A DNA stretch of 64,000 nt from Candidatus Staskawiczbacteria bacterium RIFOXYB1_FULL_37_44 (GTDB taxonomy: Bacteria > Patescibacteriota > Minisyncoccia > Minisyncoccales > Staskawiczbacteraceae), in contig MHPJ01000001.1 of assembly GCA_001822065.1 (NCBI GenBank), positions 6,870 to 70,869 of the forward strand, in the 5' to 3' direction. The first letter of the stretch is position 1. Every line of letters starts with the position of its first letter. A program made the translations under genes and the position numbers. The notes beneath the pieces were generated by a model. It had not been told where the DNA came from. It worked only from the letters and a program-made list of their open reading frames with translations, and did no database searches. This document shows, piece after piece, positions 39,782-49,691 of this stretch.

Positions 39782-40390
39782 ATGCAGAACAAATATAATT
39801 TTGCAGCTAATTTAATAAAACACGATTCTAAAAATGTTTTGGATGTAGGTTGCCGAAAAAAAGAAATCAAAGACTGCTTGTCGAAAAATGTTCGTTACCA
39901 AGGGTTAGATTTTATGGAAGGCGACGAAGTAATCGCCTGTAATCTAGAAAATGGCATACCCTTGGAAAACAAATCGTTTGACTTGATTTTTGCTTTAGAT
40001 ATTTTAGAGCACGTAGAAAATGTCCACTTTCTTTTTGAGGAAATGTTAAGAGTTGCTAAAAAGGAAGTAATTATTGCTTTGCCCAATGAATATCACTGGT
40101 CTCGTCGCCTGAAATTTTTGCTAGGAAAGGATTTACTATATCATCATATTTTTTTTAAGGAAAAAACAATAGACAGGCACAGGTGGATAACTTCTTACTA
40201 TTCTTCTTGCGATTTTGTAAAATTCAACGCTAAAAATTATAAAGTGGAGGTATTTAATTGGATATATGTTTACCAAAAATTCAGATTTTTTTATAAAATT
40301 GATAAGTTTTTTTCAAAATTTTGGCCGAATCTATTTGTTTGTGCGACTTTTTTTAGAATAGATTTAACCGACAGACAAAAATTAAAATAA
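39782..40390 (+). CDS. Class I SAM-dependent methyltransferase
   Basis: 'VLDVGCRKKE', 'FALDILEHVEN'. ATG at 39782 preferred over the TTG at 39773. Confidence 0.6.
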   Translation: MQNKYNFAANLIKHDSKNVLDVGCRKKEIKDCLSKNVRYQGLDFMEGDEVIACNLENGIPLENKSFDLIFALDILEHVENVHFLFEEMLRVAKKEVIIALPNEYHWSRRLKFLLGKDLLYHHIFFKEKTIDRHRWITSYYSSCDFVKFNAKNYKVEVFNWIYVYQKFRFFYKIDKFFSKFWPNLFVCATFFRIDLTDRQKLK

Positions 40391-41587
40391 ATGAATAATA
40401 ATATAATTAACAACGATAAAAAAACAGTATTCTTTGGTCCATTTATTGGTGAATTGGGGTGGGAATTGTCATATTGGCAGGGCTGGGTCAAAAAAATGTG
40501 TAGAGAGAGATATGACTCATATAGAAAAATTACAGCAAGCTACCCTGGCAAGGAGCCGTTTTATCCGGATGTAGACGAATTTTGGCAACTTCCGGAAGAC
40601 TTTTTAAAGTTAAGGGTTTGTGCTCGCGCTTACGCTTCTGATTTTTGGAAGGGAAATATTCCCAAAGGAGACAATGCTGATAGTTTTGACAAAAACATAA
40701 GCCAGCACGCCGACAATCTTTTAAAATATTTTAGAAACAAGCTCCCTTCCGACACAATATTTTATACTCCTTATAAATTGAATCGTTATATGCTTGATAA
40801 TAAAAAGCATTTTTTGGGAAGCATATTTATGAAGGGCTTCAATGATATTCCTAAAATTTTTTCGCCTCCGTTTGAGCATCAAATATTCGGAGAATTAAAT
40901 CCGACGCCAAAAGGAGAAATTTTTTTAAGAAAGATTTTTGATCCTAACAAAAGAATGATAGCCATATTCCCAAGATATCGTTTGGGTAGAAGAATCGATA
41001 AAAATTGGCAAAAGGAAAAGTATGATTTACTAATAAAAAATTTGCAAAAAAAATATCCAAACCATGTAATAGGAATATTCGGTTCGTCCTGCGGATCTTA
41101 TTACGCAAGAGAAAATATTGGAAATTGCATAAATTTTGTGAATGTTGATGAAAGAATACGGCTCAACGTCCAGCTTGCTGCTTTAAAACGAGCCGATGTG
41201 GCGATTGGCGGGCAGTCTGGCGCCCTAATTATGGCATTGTTGGCTAAATGTCCTGTGGCGGGTTGGGGATTTATGGACGCAGAAAAACAAATGAAAGGGC
41301 AGAACTTTTTAAACACAAGATTCATTTATTGGCCGGAGGTTGACCCTCCGGTAGCAGTGATAGAAAACTTGGCAACGCTTATGATTGAAAAAAAAGAAAA
41401 AGAAGTGATTAATTTAAAAATGCCCGAAGGAGGATGGAGTTTTGAGGTAAAAAAATCTTTTGCTGGCAGGGTAGCCGATAAAGTAAAAAAAATTATTAGG
41501 GAGCCCTTTGTTGGATTGATTCCGGCTTATTTTAAGAAAAATAATTTTAAAGAGGGTTTATTAAATTTACCTTCAATATATAAATAA
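40391..41587 (+). CDS. Hypothetical protein, possibly a GT-B-like glycosyltransferase
   Basis: 'FFGPFIGELGWELSYWQGW' N-terminal motif and context only. No family confidently recognised. Confidence 0.3.
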   Translation: MNNNIINNDKKTVFFGPFIGELGWELSYWQGWVKKMCRERYDSYRKITASYPGKEPFYPDVDEFWQLPEDFLKLRVCARAYASDFWKGNIPKGDNADSFDKNISQHADNLLKYFRNKLPSDTIFYTPYKLNRYMLDNKKHFLGSIFMKGFNDIPKIFSPPFEHQIFGELNPTPKGEIFLRKIFDPNKRMIAIFPRYRLGRRIDKNWQKEKYDLLIKNLQKKYPNHVIGIFGSSCGSYYARENIGNCINFVNVDERIRLNVQLAALKRADVAIGGQSGALIMALLAKCPVAGWGFMDAEKQMKGQNFLNTRFIYWPEVDPPVAVIENLATLMIEKKEKEVINLKMPEGGWSFEVKKSFAGRVADKVKKIIREPFVGLIPAYFKKNNFKEGLLNLPSIYK

Positions 41588-41600
41588 TATTCTAAATCAT

Positions 41601-42632
41601 ATGAAAAAAGTTTTAGTTACAGGAGGTTGCGGATTTTTGGGATCACACGTTTGCGAATATTATATAAAAAATGGGGATCAAGTGATTGCTTTTGATAACA
41701 TGACAAAGTATGAGCTTACTAGAACGGGATACGCAACCGAAAAATCCAGAAATTATAATTGGGATTTTTTAAAAAAACTGGGAGTTATTCTGATTAAGGG
41801 CGACGTAAGAAATTATGAAGAATTAATGGAAGCTGCAAGGGGCTGTGATTTCATTGTTCATACAGCAGCCCAGCCTGCAATGACAATAAGCTGGGAAGAC
41901 CCAGAGCTTGATTTTTCAACAAACGTGAGGGGAACTTTTAATGTTCTGAAGGTGGCAAAAAAATTGAAGGTGCCGATTGTTTCCTGCGCCAGTATACACG
42001 TTTATGGAAATAAGATAAATGATAATTTAAAAGAGTCAGAAACAAGATACTTAAGGGAGCCGGTGGAAATTGATGAAACTTATCCTGTAATGCAGGGCAT
42101 TCTCACTCCTTTGCATGCATCTAAAGAATCGGCCGAACTTTATGTGCAAACTTTTATTGACACATATAAATTAGAGGCGGCAAGTTTCCGATTTACTGGA
42201 TTATACGGACCAAGGCAGTTTGGCGGAGAAGACCATGGGTGGGTTGCAAATTTTGCCATAAGAGCCGTTTTAGGCGAGCCGATAAATATTTATGGTACAG
42301 GAAAACAGTTAAGAGATATTTTATATGCCAGAGACGCAGTTCTGGCTTTTGACAGCTTCTATAAAACTAGGAAATCGGGAATTTATAATATTGGAGGCAG
42401 CTCAAAAACCGCCATATCTTTGATTGAGTGTGTTAAACTTTTAGAAGAAGTCTTAGGAAAAAAACTTGATGTTAATTTTTTGCCCGACAGGCATGGAGAC
42501 TTGCGATATTTTGTTTGTGACACAAAAAAAGCTAAAAAAGATCTTGATTGGCAGGCGGAAGTTCTGCCCAAAGAAGGAGTAACTAATTTGGTAAACTGGA
42601 TTAAAGAAAATCAAAATTTATTTAAGAAATAA
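41601..42632 (+). CDS. Extended-SDR nucleotide-sugar epimerase/dehydratase (CDP-paratose/tyvelose 2-epimerase-like) with an atypical catalytic motif
   Basis: 'VLVTGGCGFLGSHV'. The expected S-P-Y-x-x-S-K position reads 'TPLHASK'. Confidence 0.6.
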   Translation: MKKVLVTGGCGFLGSHVCEYYIKNGDQVIAFDNMTKYELTRTGYATEKSRNYNWDFLKKLGVILIKGDVRNYEELMEAARGCDFIVHTAAQPAMTISWEDPELDFSTNVRGTFNVLKVAKKLKVPIVSCASIHVYGNKINDNLKESETRYLREPVEIDETYPVMQGILTPLHASKESAELYVQTFIDTYKLEAASFRFTGLYGPRQFGGEDHGWVANFAIRAVLGEPINIYGTGKQLRDILYARDAVLAFDSFYKTRKSGIYNIGGSSKTAISLIECVKLLEEVLGKKLDVNFLPDRHGDLRYFVCDTKKAKKDLDWQAEVLPKEGVTNLVNWIKENQNLFKK

Positions 42633-42653
42633 TAATATTAAAGATATTAACAT

Positions 42654-43397
42654 ATGGCCCTATCTAAAGAAGAAATTTTAAAAAAAGTTCATGAGGTCCC
42701 TTTCTGGGGTCACTCTATTCCTTTGGGAAACGATATTGTGACTCCCGGGAAGGTGATGGATAATTTATTGACTTTGGAAAGATTACAGTTGCCCATGACC
42801 CTGAAAGGCAAGCGAATTCTTGATATAGGCGCATGGGATGGATATTATAGTTTTGAATGTGAGAAAAGAGGAGCTGATGACGTTGTAGCGATTGATAATC
42901 TTTATAGAATGCAAAGACCCGATGAAACACAATATGCAAATTTAGGTTCTAAAGGCTTTCAGGTTGCAAAAGAGATATTAAACTCAAAGGTAAAATATTA
43001 TGATATGGACGTATATGATATCTCTGAAAAGAATTTAAATGGTAAGTTTGATATAGTATTATTTTTGGGATTGCTATATCATTTAAAATATCCTGTTTTA
43101 TCATTTGAAAAGATATCAAATATCTGCAAAGATGTGTTGATTATAGAGAGCGCATATGTAAAGACTTTCACATCAAGACCCATTTTGGAATATGCGCAAG
43201 GAAATACTTTTAATCAGGATCCAACGAACTGGCATATACCGAATATTCCAGCAATAGAGGGCATGGCAAGAGATGCGGGGTTTAAAAAAATTGAAGTTTT
43301 ATTCAAAACACCCTTGAATATTAAAAGTTTAGTTGGAGGAATTTTAGGAATAAAAAATCCTCGTTACGGTCGTGTTATTCTAAGAGCAACAAAATAA
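42654..43397 (+). CDS. Class I SAM methyltransferase (DUF1698/CmoB-like)
   Basis: 'FWGHSIPLGNDIVTPG', 'ILDIGAWDGYYSFE'. Confidence 0.6.
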   Translation: MALSKEEILKKVHEVPFWGHSIPLGNDIVTPGKVMDNLLTLERLQLPMTLKGKRILDIGAWDGYYSFECEKRGADDVVAIDNLYRMQRPDETQYANLGSKGFQVAKEILNSKVKYYDMDVYDISEKNLNGKFDIVLFLGLLYHLKYPVLSFEKISNICKDVLIIESAYVKTFTSRPILEYAQGNTFNQDPTNWHIPNIPAIEGMARDAGFKKIEVLFKTPLNIKSLVGGILGIKNPRYGRVILRATK

Positions 43398-44122
43398 TGA
43401 AAGCTTTAATATTAGCCGGCGGCAGAGGAAAGCGCCTTGGCGAATTATCTCAAAACAAAAATAAATGCATGACCGAGGTTAAGGGCAGGCCGTTAATACA
43501 ATACAGCCTTGATTTGGCGTGTAAAATGAATATTTCGGAAATGGTGATTTTAGTCGGTTATAGAGCAGAAGATATAACGAGCGCTTTTGGAACAGAATAC
43601 AAGGGAATTCCCATAAAATATGCTGTGCAGCCGGAACAAAAAGGACTGGTTAATGCTATTGAATGCGCAGCTCCCAGTCTTGGCGGCGAAGATTTTATCT
43701 TGATGCTCGGGGATGAACTAATGATACAGCCAAGACACCAGCAAATGCTGGATATGTATAAAAAAGAAGGATTGTTTGCCGTATGCGGAGTTATTAATGC
43801 CCCAGATAAGAATCTTGTCAAAAAGACTTATTGCGTAGTTGAACGGGAGAACAATATAATTTCCCGGCTGATTGAAAAACCGGAAAACCCCTTAAATAAT
43901 ATTATGGGAACAGGGAATGTTATTTTAAAAAATGAAATTTTGTCATATATACCAAAAACTCCCATCAATGCAAATAGAGGGGAAAAAGAATTAGTAGATT
44001 TAATCCAGTGCGCCATTGATGACGGCAAAATAGTAAAATCATTTTATATCTGCGATAGCTATCTCAACATCAATAATGCGGAAGAATTAAAAGAGGCAGA
44101 ATCTTCTTTTTATCATCCTTAA
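43397..44122 (+). CDS. Sugar-1-phosphate nucleotidyltransferase
   Basis: 'ALILAGGRGKRLGELSQNKNKCMTEVKGRPLIQY', 'LMLGDE'. Confidence 0.65.
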   Translation: MKALILAGGRGKRLGELSQNKNKCMTEVKGRPLIQYSLDLACKMNISEMVILVGYRAEDITSAFGTEYKGIPIKYAVQPEQKGLVNAIECAAPSLGGEDFILMLGDELMIQPRHQQMLDMYKKEGLFAVCGVINAPDKNLVKKTYCVVERENNIISRLIEKPENPLNNIMGTGNVILKNEILSYIPKTPINANRGEKELVDLIQCAIDDGKIVKSFYICDSYLNINNAEELKEAESSFYHP

Positions 44123-44126
44123 ACAA

Positions 44127-45491
44127 ATGAAAATACTTTTTTACACCCATACTCCAAGAGCTTTTAGAACAACTTTAATTGGATATCTTTATGAACTTTG
44201 CCAGATTCACGAAGTTGTTTTGCTTGCTGAAAAATTAGACCAGGAAACAGAAACAGCATTAAAGAGAAAAGACTTGTTTCCGCGATTGTCAAAAATTATT
44301 ACAGTTGAACAATTTACCGGGCGGAAAAGGGGATTGCTTGCCAAAAATAAATATTTTTTTACTTTGGCGAAAGAAGTGGTTTTAAGCCACATGCCAGATG
44401 TCGTCATTTTGGCCAGTGATTTTCATCCGTTTGAATTATATTTGGCAAGGTTTGCCAAAAAAAATGGGGCGCTGGTCATAACGACTCAAGCTTTTTTTTC
44501 AATGGTCGATTGGTCAGAAACCTCAAGAATTGCCGATTTATCTAATGCTCATTTAAAATTATCTGCCATGATGCCTTTAAAGATCCGTCTTTTTTTAATA
44601 AAGTGTCGTGAATATTTTGGCCATTTTTTATATTATTGGTTTTTACCGGCGTCAAATCTCCAAAAACCTTTTTTGGGGGAAAGCAGTCTTAATTTGCATC
44701 GCGGGTGGGTGGGAATGAGGGATTCGGACTGCCAGACTGTTTTTTCTAAAATAGATTACGATATTTATTCCCGTATTTATTTGAAATGCGGGGTTCCGGT
44801 TGAAAAAATGTTCATATTGCCCCATCCATTACAACTGGAAGCCAGGGAATTTTTTGAAAAAATATATTTTTCCAAATTTAAAAAAGAAAAAAATGGACGG
44901 AAAATAGCAAGCGTCATGCTTTCAAGTCAAAAAGCCCTCGGGTTTCACAAGGATAATCTTTTACCGATTCCTCCTCTTGAACGGGAGAAGAAATGGTCTC
45001 AGGCTATAAAATTAATGAGTCAAATTTTGGAAGGGTGGCAAATTTATATTAAACCCCACCCGAGTACGAAAAATATAGATCATCTGAAGGAAGTTTTCGA
45101 ACAGATTTCCAGCGACATTAAGGTAACCGACCCCAAAGAACCAGTCGATAAATATATTGAGATGGCCGATGTTGTTGTTGAGCTACCCCCGTCGCTCGGC
45201 ACGTCTCTTTTTACCGCTTTATTGCAATGTCCCGAAAAACCCATTATTTCTTTGGACCTTTATAATGAACTTGCAGGGGATGGGTATAAGAATTTTCCGG
45301 GAGTAGAATATATCGATGCTGAAAATAAATTTGCTACTGTTTTGAAAGAAATCAAAGAAGATAAATATCGGAAAAATAATTTTTCCAGCAATAATTCTAA
45401 ATCAGAATTATGGCCGCTGGAATTCGAAAATATCGAGAAATTGATAGATTATTTGACCAAAAAGCCAAGAAAATTAAAATCACCGGATTAA
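44127..45491 (+). CDS. Hypothetical protein (glycan-locus context; possibly a transferase)
   Basis: Long intact ORF tightly packed in the operon. No motif recognised. Confidence 0.3.
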   Translation: MKILFYTHTPRAFRTTLIGYLYELCQIHEVVLLAEKLDQETETALKRKDLFPRLSKIITVEQFTGRKRGLLAKNKYFFTLAKEVVLSHMPDVVILASDFHPFELYLARFAKKNGALVITTQAFFSMVDWSETSRIADLSNAHLKLSAMMPLKIRLFLIKCREYFGHFLYYWFLPASNLQKPFLGESSLNLHRGWVGMRDSDCQTVFSKIDYDIYSRIYLKCGVPVEKMFILPHPLQLEAREFFEKIYFSKFKKEKNGRKIASVMLSSQKALGFHKDNLLPIPPLEREKKWSQAIKLMSQILEGWQIYIKPHPSTKNIDHLKEVFEQISSDIKVTDPKEPVDKYIEMADVVVELPPSLGTSLFTALLQCPEKPIISLDLYNELAGDGYKNFPGVEYIDAENKFATVLKEIKEDKYRKNNFSSNNSKSELWPLEFENIEKLIDYLTKKPRKLKSPD

Positions 45492-45498
45492 AATATCT

Positions 45499-47331
45499 AT
45501 GAACCATCATACAAATAAAGAAAGAAAATTGAAAATAATCCAGCAATGGCAGACATTTGGCAGACTTCATCCGGGATTATTGGGTGACGATGTTTATGAG
45601 TCTGTCAAAAAATATGGAATAACTTCTTTGCAATCTTATGTTTATTGGGCTGAAATCGAAAAAAAAGAGAATGAAATAGATTTCTCCGTTTATGATGAAT
45701 TGGTTGAAAAGATTGCCAAGCATAAACTTAAATGGACGCCATTTATAATTCTTGGGCCGAATTATTCAGTACCCCAGTGGTTTCACATAAGTAAGGAATC
45801 AGTATATGCCAAATGTATTGAACATAACAGAGAATGCGATATTCAGAGCATCTGGAATCCTTTCATTCCAAAACATGTAGAAAGGTTTATAAAATTGTTA
45901 TCAGAAAGGTATGGTGACAGGAATATAATTGAAAGCGTATTATTGGGGATAAACGGAGTTTGGGGGGAAGCTATTTTTCCTTCTTCTGACGGCGTTTACC
46001 GGATAGGACACAAACATGGCGGATGGTGGTGCAACGATAAATATGCCAAAAGAGATTTTATCGAGTCCTGTAAAGAAAAATTTGATAACATACATTTTTT
46101 GAATGAGAGCTGGGGAACAGGATTTGAGGACTTTGAAAGTATCACCTGGCCCGTTAAGCAAATATCCTTGCCGATTGATATAGCATACAGAATAGCACAT
46201 CGGGTTTGGTCAAAATTATTAAATGTACGAGACAACTCTTTATATTGGTATCTGGAAAGGTTTTTTGAAAAAAGGCTCTTTCATGGTATGATGTCAAATG
46301 TAAAGGAAAAAAATCGGTATCTTTTTTTTGCAAAATGGTATCTTGATTCAATGACAGCTTTTGCGGATGAATGGCTGAAAATGGCTAAAAAATATTTTCC
46401 CAAAGATTCTGTGTATCTCGTAACCGGAGGCTATGGAGATACCATGAATGGCGCCGATTTTACGGCCCAAGCGAAGATATCCGCAAAAAACAATTGCGGA
46501 GTCAGGGTGACGAATATGGTTTGCGATTATTCGGAAAGCTTTGCCAATAAAAGTTTGATTTCCACGGCCGCTGAATATTATGGGGCGCCCATCCAAACGG
46601 AAGAGGCCATAGAGACTTCCCCCAGCGAAGTTAAAATGAGAATATTCGATTACGCTTCCGGGAATATTGACGGAATTTATTTTAAGACACTTTTTGGGAT
46701 TGACTATGGTGTAAAAGTTTCATGCACAAATAAGAGCGATAATGGAATTCCTATCGGTAAACCAAGCGAAGTGGCAGATAATTTATTGTCAAATCGCAAA
46801 TATTTATTCTTTGGAAAAAGAAAAACGGAAGTTGCCCTGCTACTGGCAAACGGCTCGTTTGCGATATCGCCCCGGCTTTTAAAATTAAATTACGAACTGG
46901 CCAAGACGTTAAGAAAATATATCGACTTCGATATCATAGATGAAAACCTGATAGAAGATTCCATTTTAAGCAAGTATCGTTTTTTAATTGACTTTCGCAA
47001 CCCTGTTATTAATGAAAAAATCCTTAAAAAAATAGAAGATTGGCTTAAAAAAGGAGGAATTCTGTTGCGCTCAAAAGAAGGAGAGGTTGAAGAATTTATC
47101 GAAGAAATCGCTGGAAATATTTTTAATGGAGAAGGTAAATATCCGTGGCCATCAGTTTATCCGCATTCCAAGAATCCTACTGACGTATATTTTATTAAGG
47201 CAGATGATAGTTTAATTTTATATAATGATTCAGCGCGGAGTATAGAAGAAAAGATATATATTAACAAAAATAAAGCGTCGAGTTTTTTATTAAAACCAAA
47301 AGAGATAAAAATTTTATCTCTGGAAATATAA
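45499..47331 (+). CDS. Glycoside-hydrolase-like TIM-barrel protein (GH42/GH14-like N-terminus)
   Basis: 'SYVYWAEIEKKENEIDFSVYDELVEKIAKHKLKWTPFIILGPN' resembles the N-terminal strands of GH42/GH14 barrels. No signal peptide. Confidence 0.4.
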   Translation: MNHHTNKERKLKIIQQWQTFGRLHPGLLGDDVYESVKKYGITSLQSYVYWAEIEKKENEIDFSVYDELVEKIAKHKLKWTPFIILGPNYSVPQWFHISKESVYAKCIEHNRECDIQSIWNPFIPKHVERFIKLLSERYGDRNIIESVLLGINGVWGEAIFPSSDGVYRIGHKHGGWWCNDKYAKRDFIESCKEKFDNIHFLNESWGTGFEDFESITWPVKQISLPIDIAYRIAHRVWSKLLNVRDNSLYWYLERFFEKRLFHGMMSNVKEKNRYLFFAKWYLDSMTAFADEWLKMAKKYFPKDSVYLVTGGYGDTMNGADFTAQAKISAKNNCGVRVTNMVCDYSESFANKSLISTAAEYYGAPIQTEEAIETSPSEVKMRIFDYASGNIDGIYFKTLFGIDYGVKVSCTNKSDNGIPIGKPSEVADNLLSNRKYLFFGKRKTEVALLLANGSFAISPRLLKLNYELAKTLRKYIDFDIIDENLIEDSILSKYRFLIDFRNPVINEKILKKIEDWLKKGGILLRSKEGEVEEFIEEIAGNIFNGEGKYPWPSVYPHSKNPTDVYFIKADDSLILYNDSARSIEEKIYINKNKASSFLLKPKEIKILSLEI

Positions 47332-47336
47332 ATAAA

Positions 47337-48521
47337 ATGATCAAAAATTTTAGAAAAATTAAAGGAGTTAAAAGGTTTTTTGACAAGCATTTTGACGAGG
47401 TTTTTTATTTTTTAAAGAAGAGAAGATTCGTTAAGGCTTATAATCTTATTTGGAGTCAATTGTGGGTAAGAGATTTGGATGGAGGTAAATTTGACTGGAT
47501 ATTCAGGCGCTTTCCGCAATTAGCTCCTTATCCTAAGGAAATTGAAATAGAAATTACCACGAGGTGTTATATGAAATGCATAATGTGCGAGCACACCCAT
47601 TGGAAAGATGAAAATTATCGGAGCCAAGATATGAATTTCGAGCAATTCAAATCAATCATAAATCAATTCCCTCACTTGCGTTACATCAACGTTACGGGGG
47701 AAGGAACCGGGTTTTTGAATAAGGATTTTTTTAAAATGTTGGATTATTTGAATAAAAAGAACGTAAATACGATGTTCGTGGAGAATTTCGATTTGTTTGA
47801 CGAGGAAAAAATTAAGAAGATAATTGATTTGGATGTAGAGCGGATTGAGGTATCTCTCGACGCCGCTACCGAAGATACTTATAAAAATATTAGGATAGGA
47901 GCTAAATGGGACAGGGTGATGGAAAACTTAAAAAAAATGAGAGAAATGAAGATTAAACACAAGACTCCATTCCCGTATATTTTTTTCAGACTTATAGCGA
48001 TGAAAAATAATGTTCACGAAATACCGGCATTGGCTAGATTAATAGGAGAACTCGATATAAATTTAGGAAAAATAACCGATTTCCAGATAGTTGGCCTTTT
48101 GAGTTTTCCCGAAATCGAACACCTTAATGTTGAAAATATTTCGGAGCAAATTATAAAAGAAGCCGATTCCATAGCAAAAGAAATGAATATAAATCTGATC
48201 TGGTCTCATACGTCGAACAATTGCAGCAGTAATAATTTTTGCGCAAAGTGGCTGCAACCGTATATTATGATAGACGGTTCTGCTATTTTGGACTGCGCCT
48301 TGATGATGGAGAATAACCGTTCCCAATTGAAAAGAACCTCTTTGGGCAACTTATTTAATCAGAATTTTAGAGAAATATGGGACAGTCCGCGCTATCAACG
48401 GATACGCAAAGGCATAAATAAAATAAATGGACCCGTGCCGAAATTATGCGAAGGATGCAGAGGGTATGACACCAAACAAAGAGAAAAATTATTTGGGATC
48501 ATGAGCGATAACAAGAATTAA
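47337..48521 (+). CDS. Radical SAM enzyme with C-terminal Cys-rich (SPASM/twitch-like) region
   Basis: 'TTRCYMKCIMCEH' CX3CX2C. C-terminal 'NNFCAKW...LDCALM...PKLCEGCRGY'. Confidence 0.7.
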   Translation: MIKNFRKIKGVKRFFDKHFDEVFYFLKKRRFVKAYNLIWSQLWVRDLDGGKFDWIFRRFPQLAPYPKEIEIEITTRCYMKCIMCEHTHWKDENYRSQDMNFEQFKSIINQFPHLRYINVTGEGTGFLNKDFFKMLDYLNKKNVNTMFVENFDLFDEEKIKKIIDLDVERIEVSLDAATEDTYKNIRIGAKWDRVMENLKKMREMKIKHKTPFPYIFFRLIAMKNNVHEIPALARLIGELDINLGKITDFQIVGLLSFPEIEHLNVENISEQIIKEADSIAKEMNINLIWSHTSNNCSSNNFCAKWLQPYIMIDGSAILDCALMMENNRSQLKRTSLGNLFNQNFREIWDSPRYQRIRKGINKINGPVPKLCEGCRGYDTKQREKLFGIMSDNKN

Positions 48522-48530
48522 TTCAAGATT

Positions 48531-49691
48531 ATGCGAGTATTGATTGTCCATCCAAAATTTTACATATATGGTGGCGCAGAATTGGTGATAATAAAGCTCG
48601 CCAATTACTTGGCGAGGAAAGGCATTGAGAATGCCATTTTGACGACTTCTATTTTACCCGAAATAGAGAAGGACTTATTAGATACTAAAATAATCATTCG
48701 GAAAGAGCCGGATATTCCATTTGTTTCACCTGGTTTTAAGGTGATTCTTGCCATTTGGAGAGGAATTTATGATAATTTAAATAATTTCGATCTGATAAAC
48801 ATACATAATTATCCGGCCGAACTTTCGTTTTTCCCTTTCAGAAAAAAGGCTGTTTGGCTGTGTAATGAGCCTCCAGGATTTGTCTTAAGGTCGAAATCGG
48901 AATTATCTTTGTTTTTGAAATTGGCCAAAGGAGTAATTTCAAAATTTGATAAATTTGTAGTCAGGCACTTCATAAAAAATGTGATTGTGGCGGACGAATT
49001 TAATGCTAGGAGATTTGAAGGGTTGTATGGTTTGAGGCCGGAAATAATAAATTATGGAATTGATTACAATTTTTTTTCGCAAGCCGATCCGGAAAAAGTA
49101 AAAAAAGAGTATTGTTTAAATAATAATTTTGTTATTCTCCAGGTAGGAATACTGACGCCCTTGAAAAATCAAATTGAGAGCATTAAGACCGTTGAGAAAT
49201 TAAAGTATAAAATTTCTAATGTAAAATTGATACTTGCAGGATTGGCAGATAAAGAATATAAGCTGAAACTGGAAAAATATATTCAAGAAAAAAAGTTAGA
49301 AGAATATGTGATTTTCACTGGCCAGTTGAACGGAGAGAAAATAAGGGATTTATATCATGCGTGCGATGTTTTACTGCATCCGATTAAGACTCAAGGGGGG
49401 TGGTTGTCTCCCTTTGAAGCTCTTTGCGCCAAAAAACCAATTATTGTTTCTTCTGAAATGAGCGCCTCTGATATAATAAAAAAAGAAAAAATAGGCGTTG
49501 TTACAGATGATTATGAAAAAATTGTAATGGAAATATACAAGAACAAAAATGAATATCTCAAGATGGGAGAAAGGGGAAGGGAGTTCGTCAAAAATAATTT
49601 AAGCTGGGAATCTTTTTGCCAAAAAAATTTAAATTTATTCCAAAAAATCTTTAAACCTTTAATTATTGGAAATGAAAATATTCTACGATAA
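48531..49691 (+). CDS. GT4-family (GT-B) glycosyltransferase
   Basis: 'IYGGAELVIIKLANYL'. C-terminal 'GGWLSPFEALCAKKPIIVS'. Confidence 0.65.
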   Translation: MRVLIVHPKFYIYGGAELVIIKLANYLARKGIENAILTTSILPEIEKDLLDTKIIIRKEPDIPFVSPGFKVILAIWRGIYDNLNNFDLINIHNYPAELSFFPFRKKAVWLCNEPPGFVLRSKSELSLFLKLAKGVISKFDKFVVRHFIKNVIVADEFNARRFEGLYGLRPEIINYGIDYNFFSQADPEKVKKEYCLNNNFVILQVGILTPLKNQIESIKTVEKLKYKISNVKLILAGLADKEYKLKLEKYIQEKKLEEYVIFTGQLNGEKIRDLYHACDVLLHPIKTQGGWLSPFEALCAKKPIIVSSEMSASDIIKKEKIGVVTDDYEKIVMEIYKNKNEYLKMGERGREFVKNNLSWESFCQKNLNLFQKIFKPLIIGNENILR

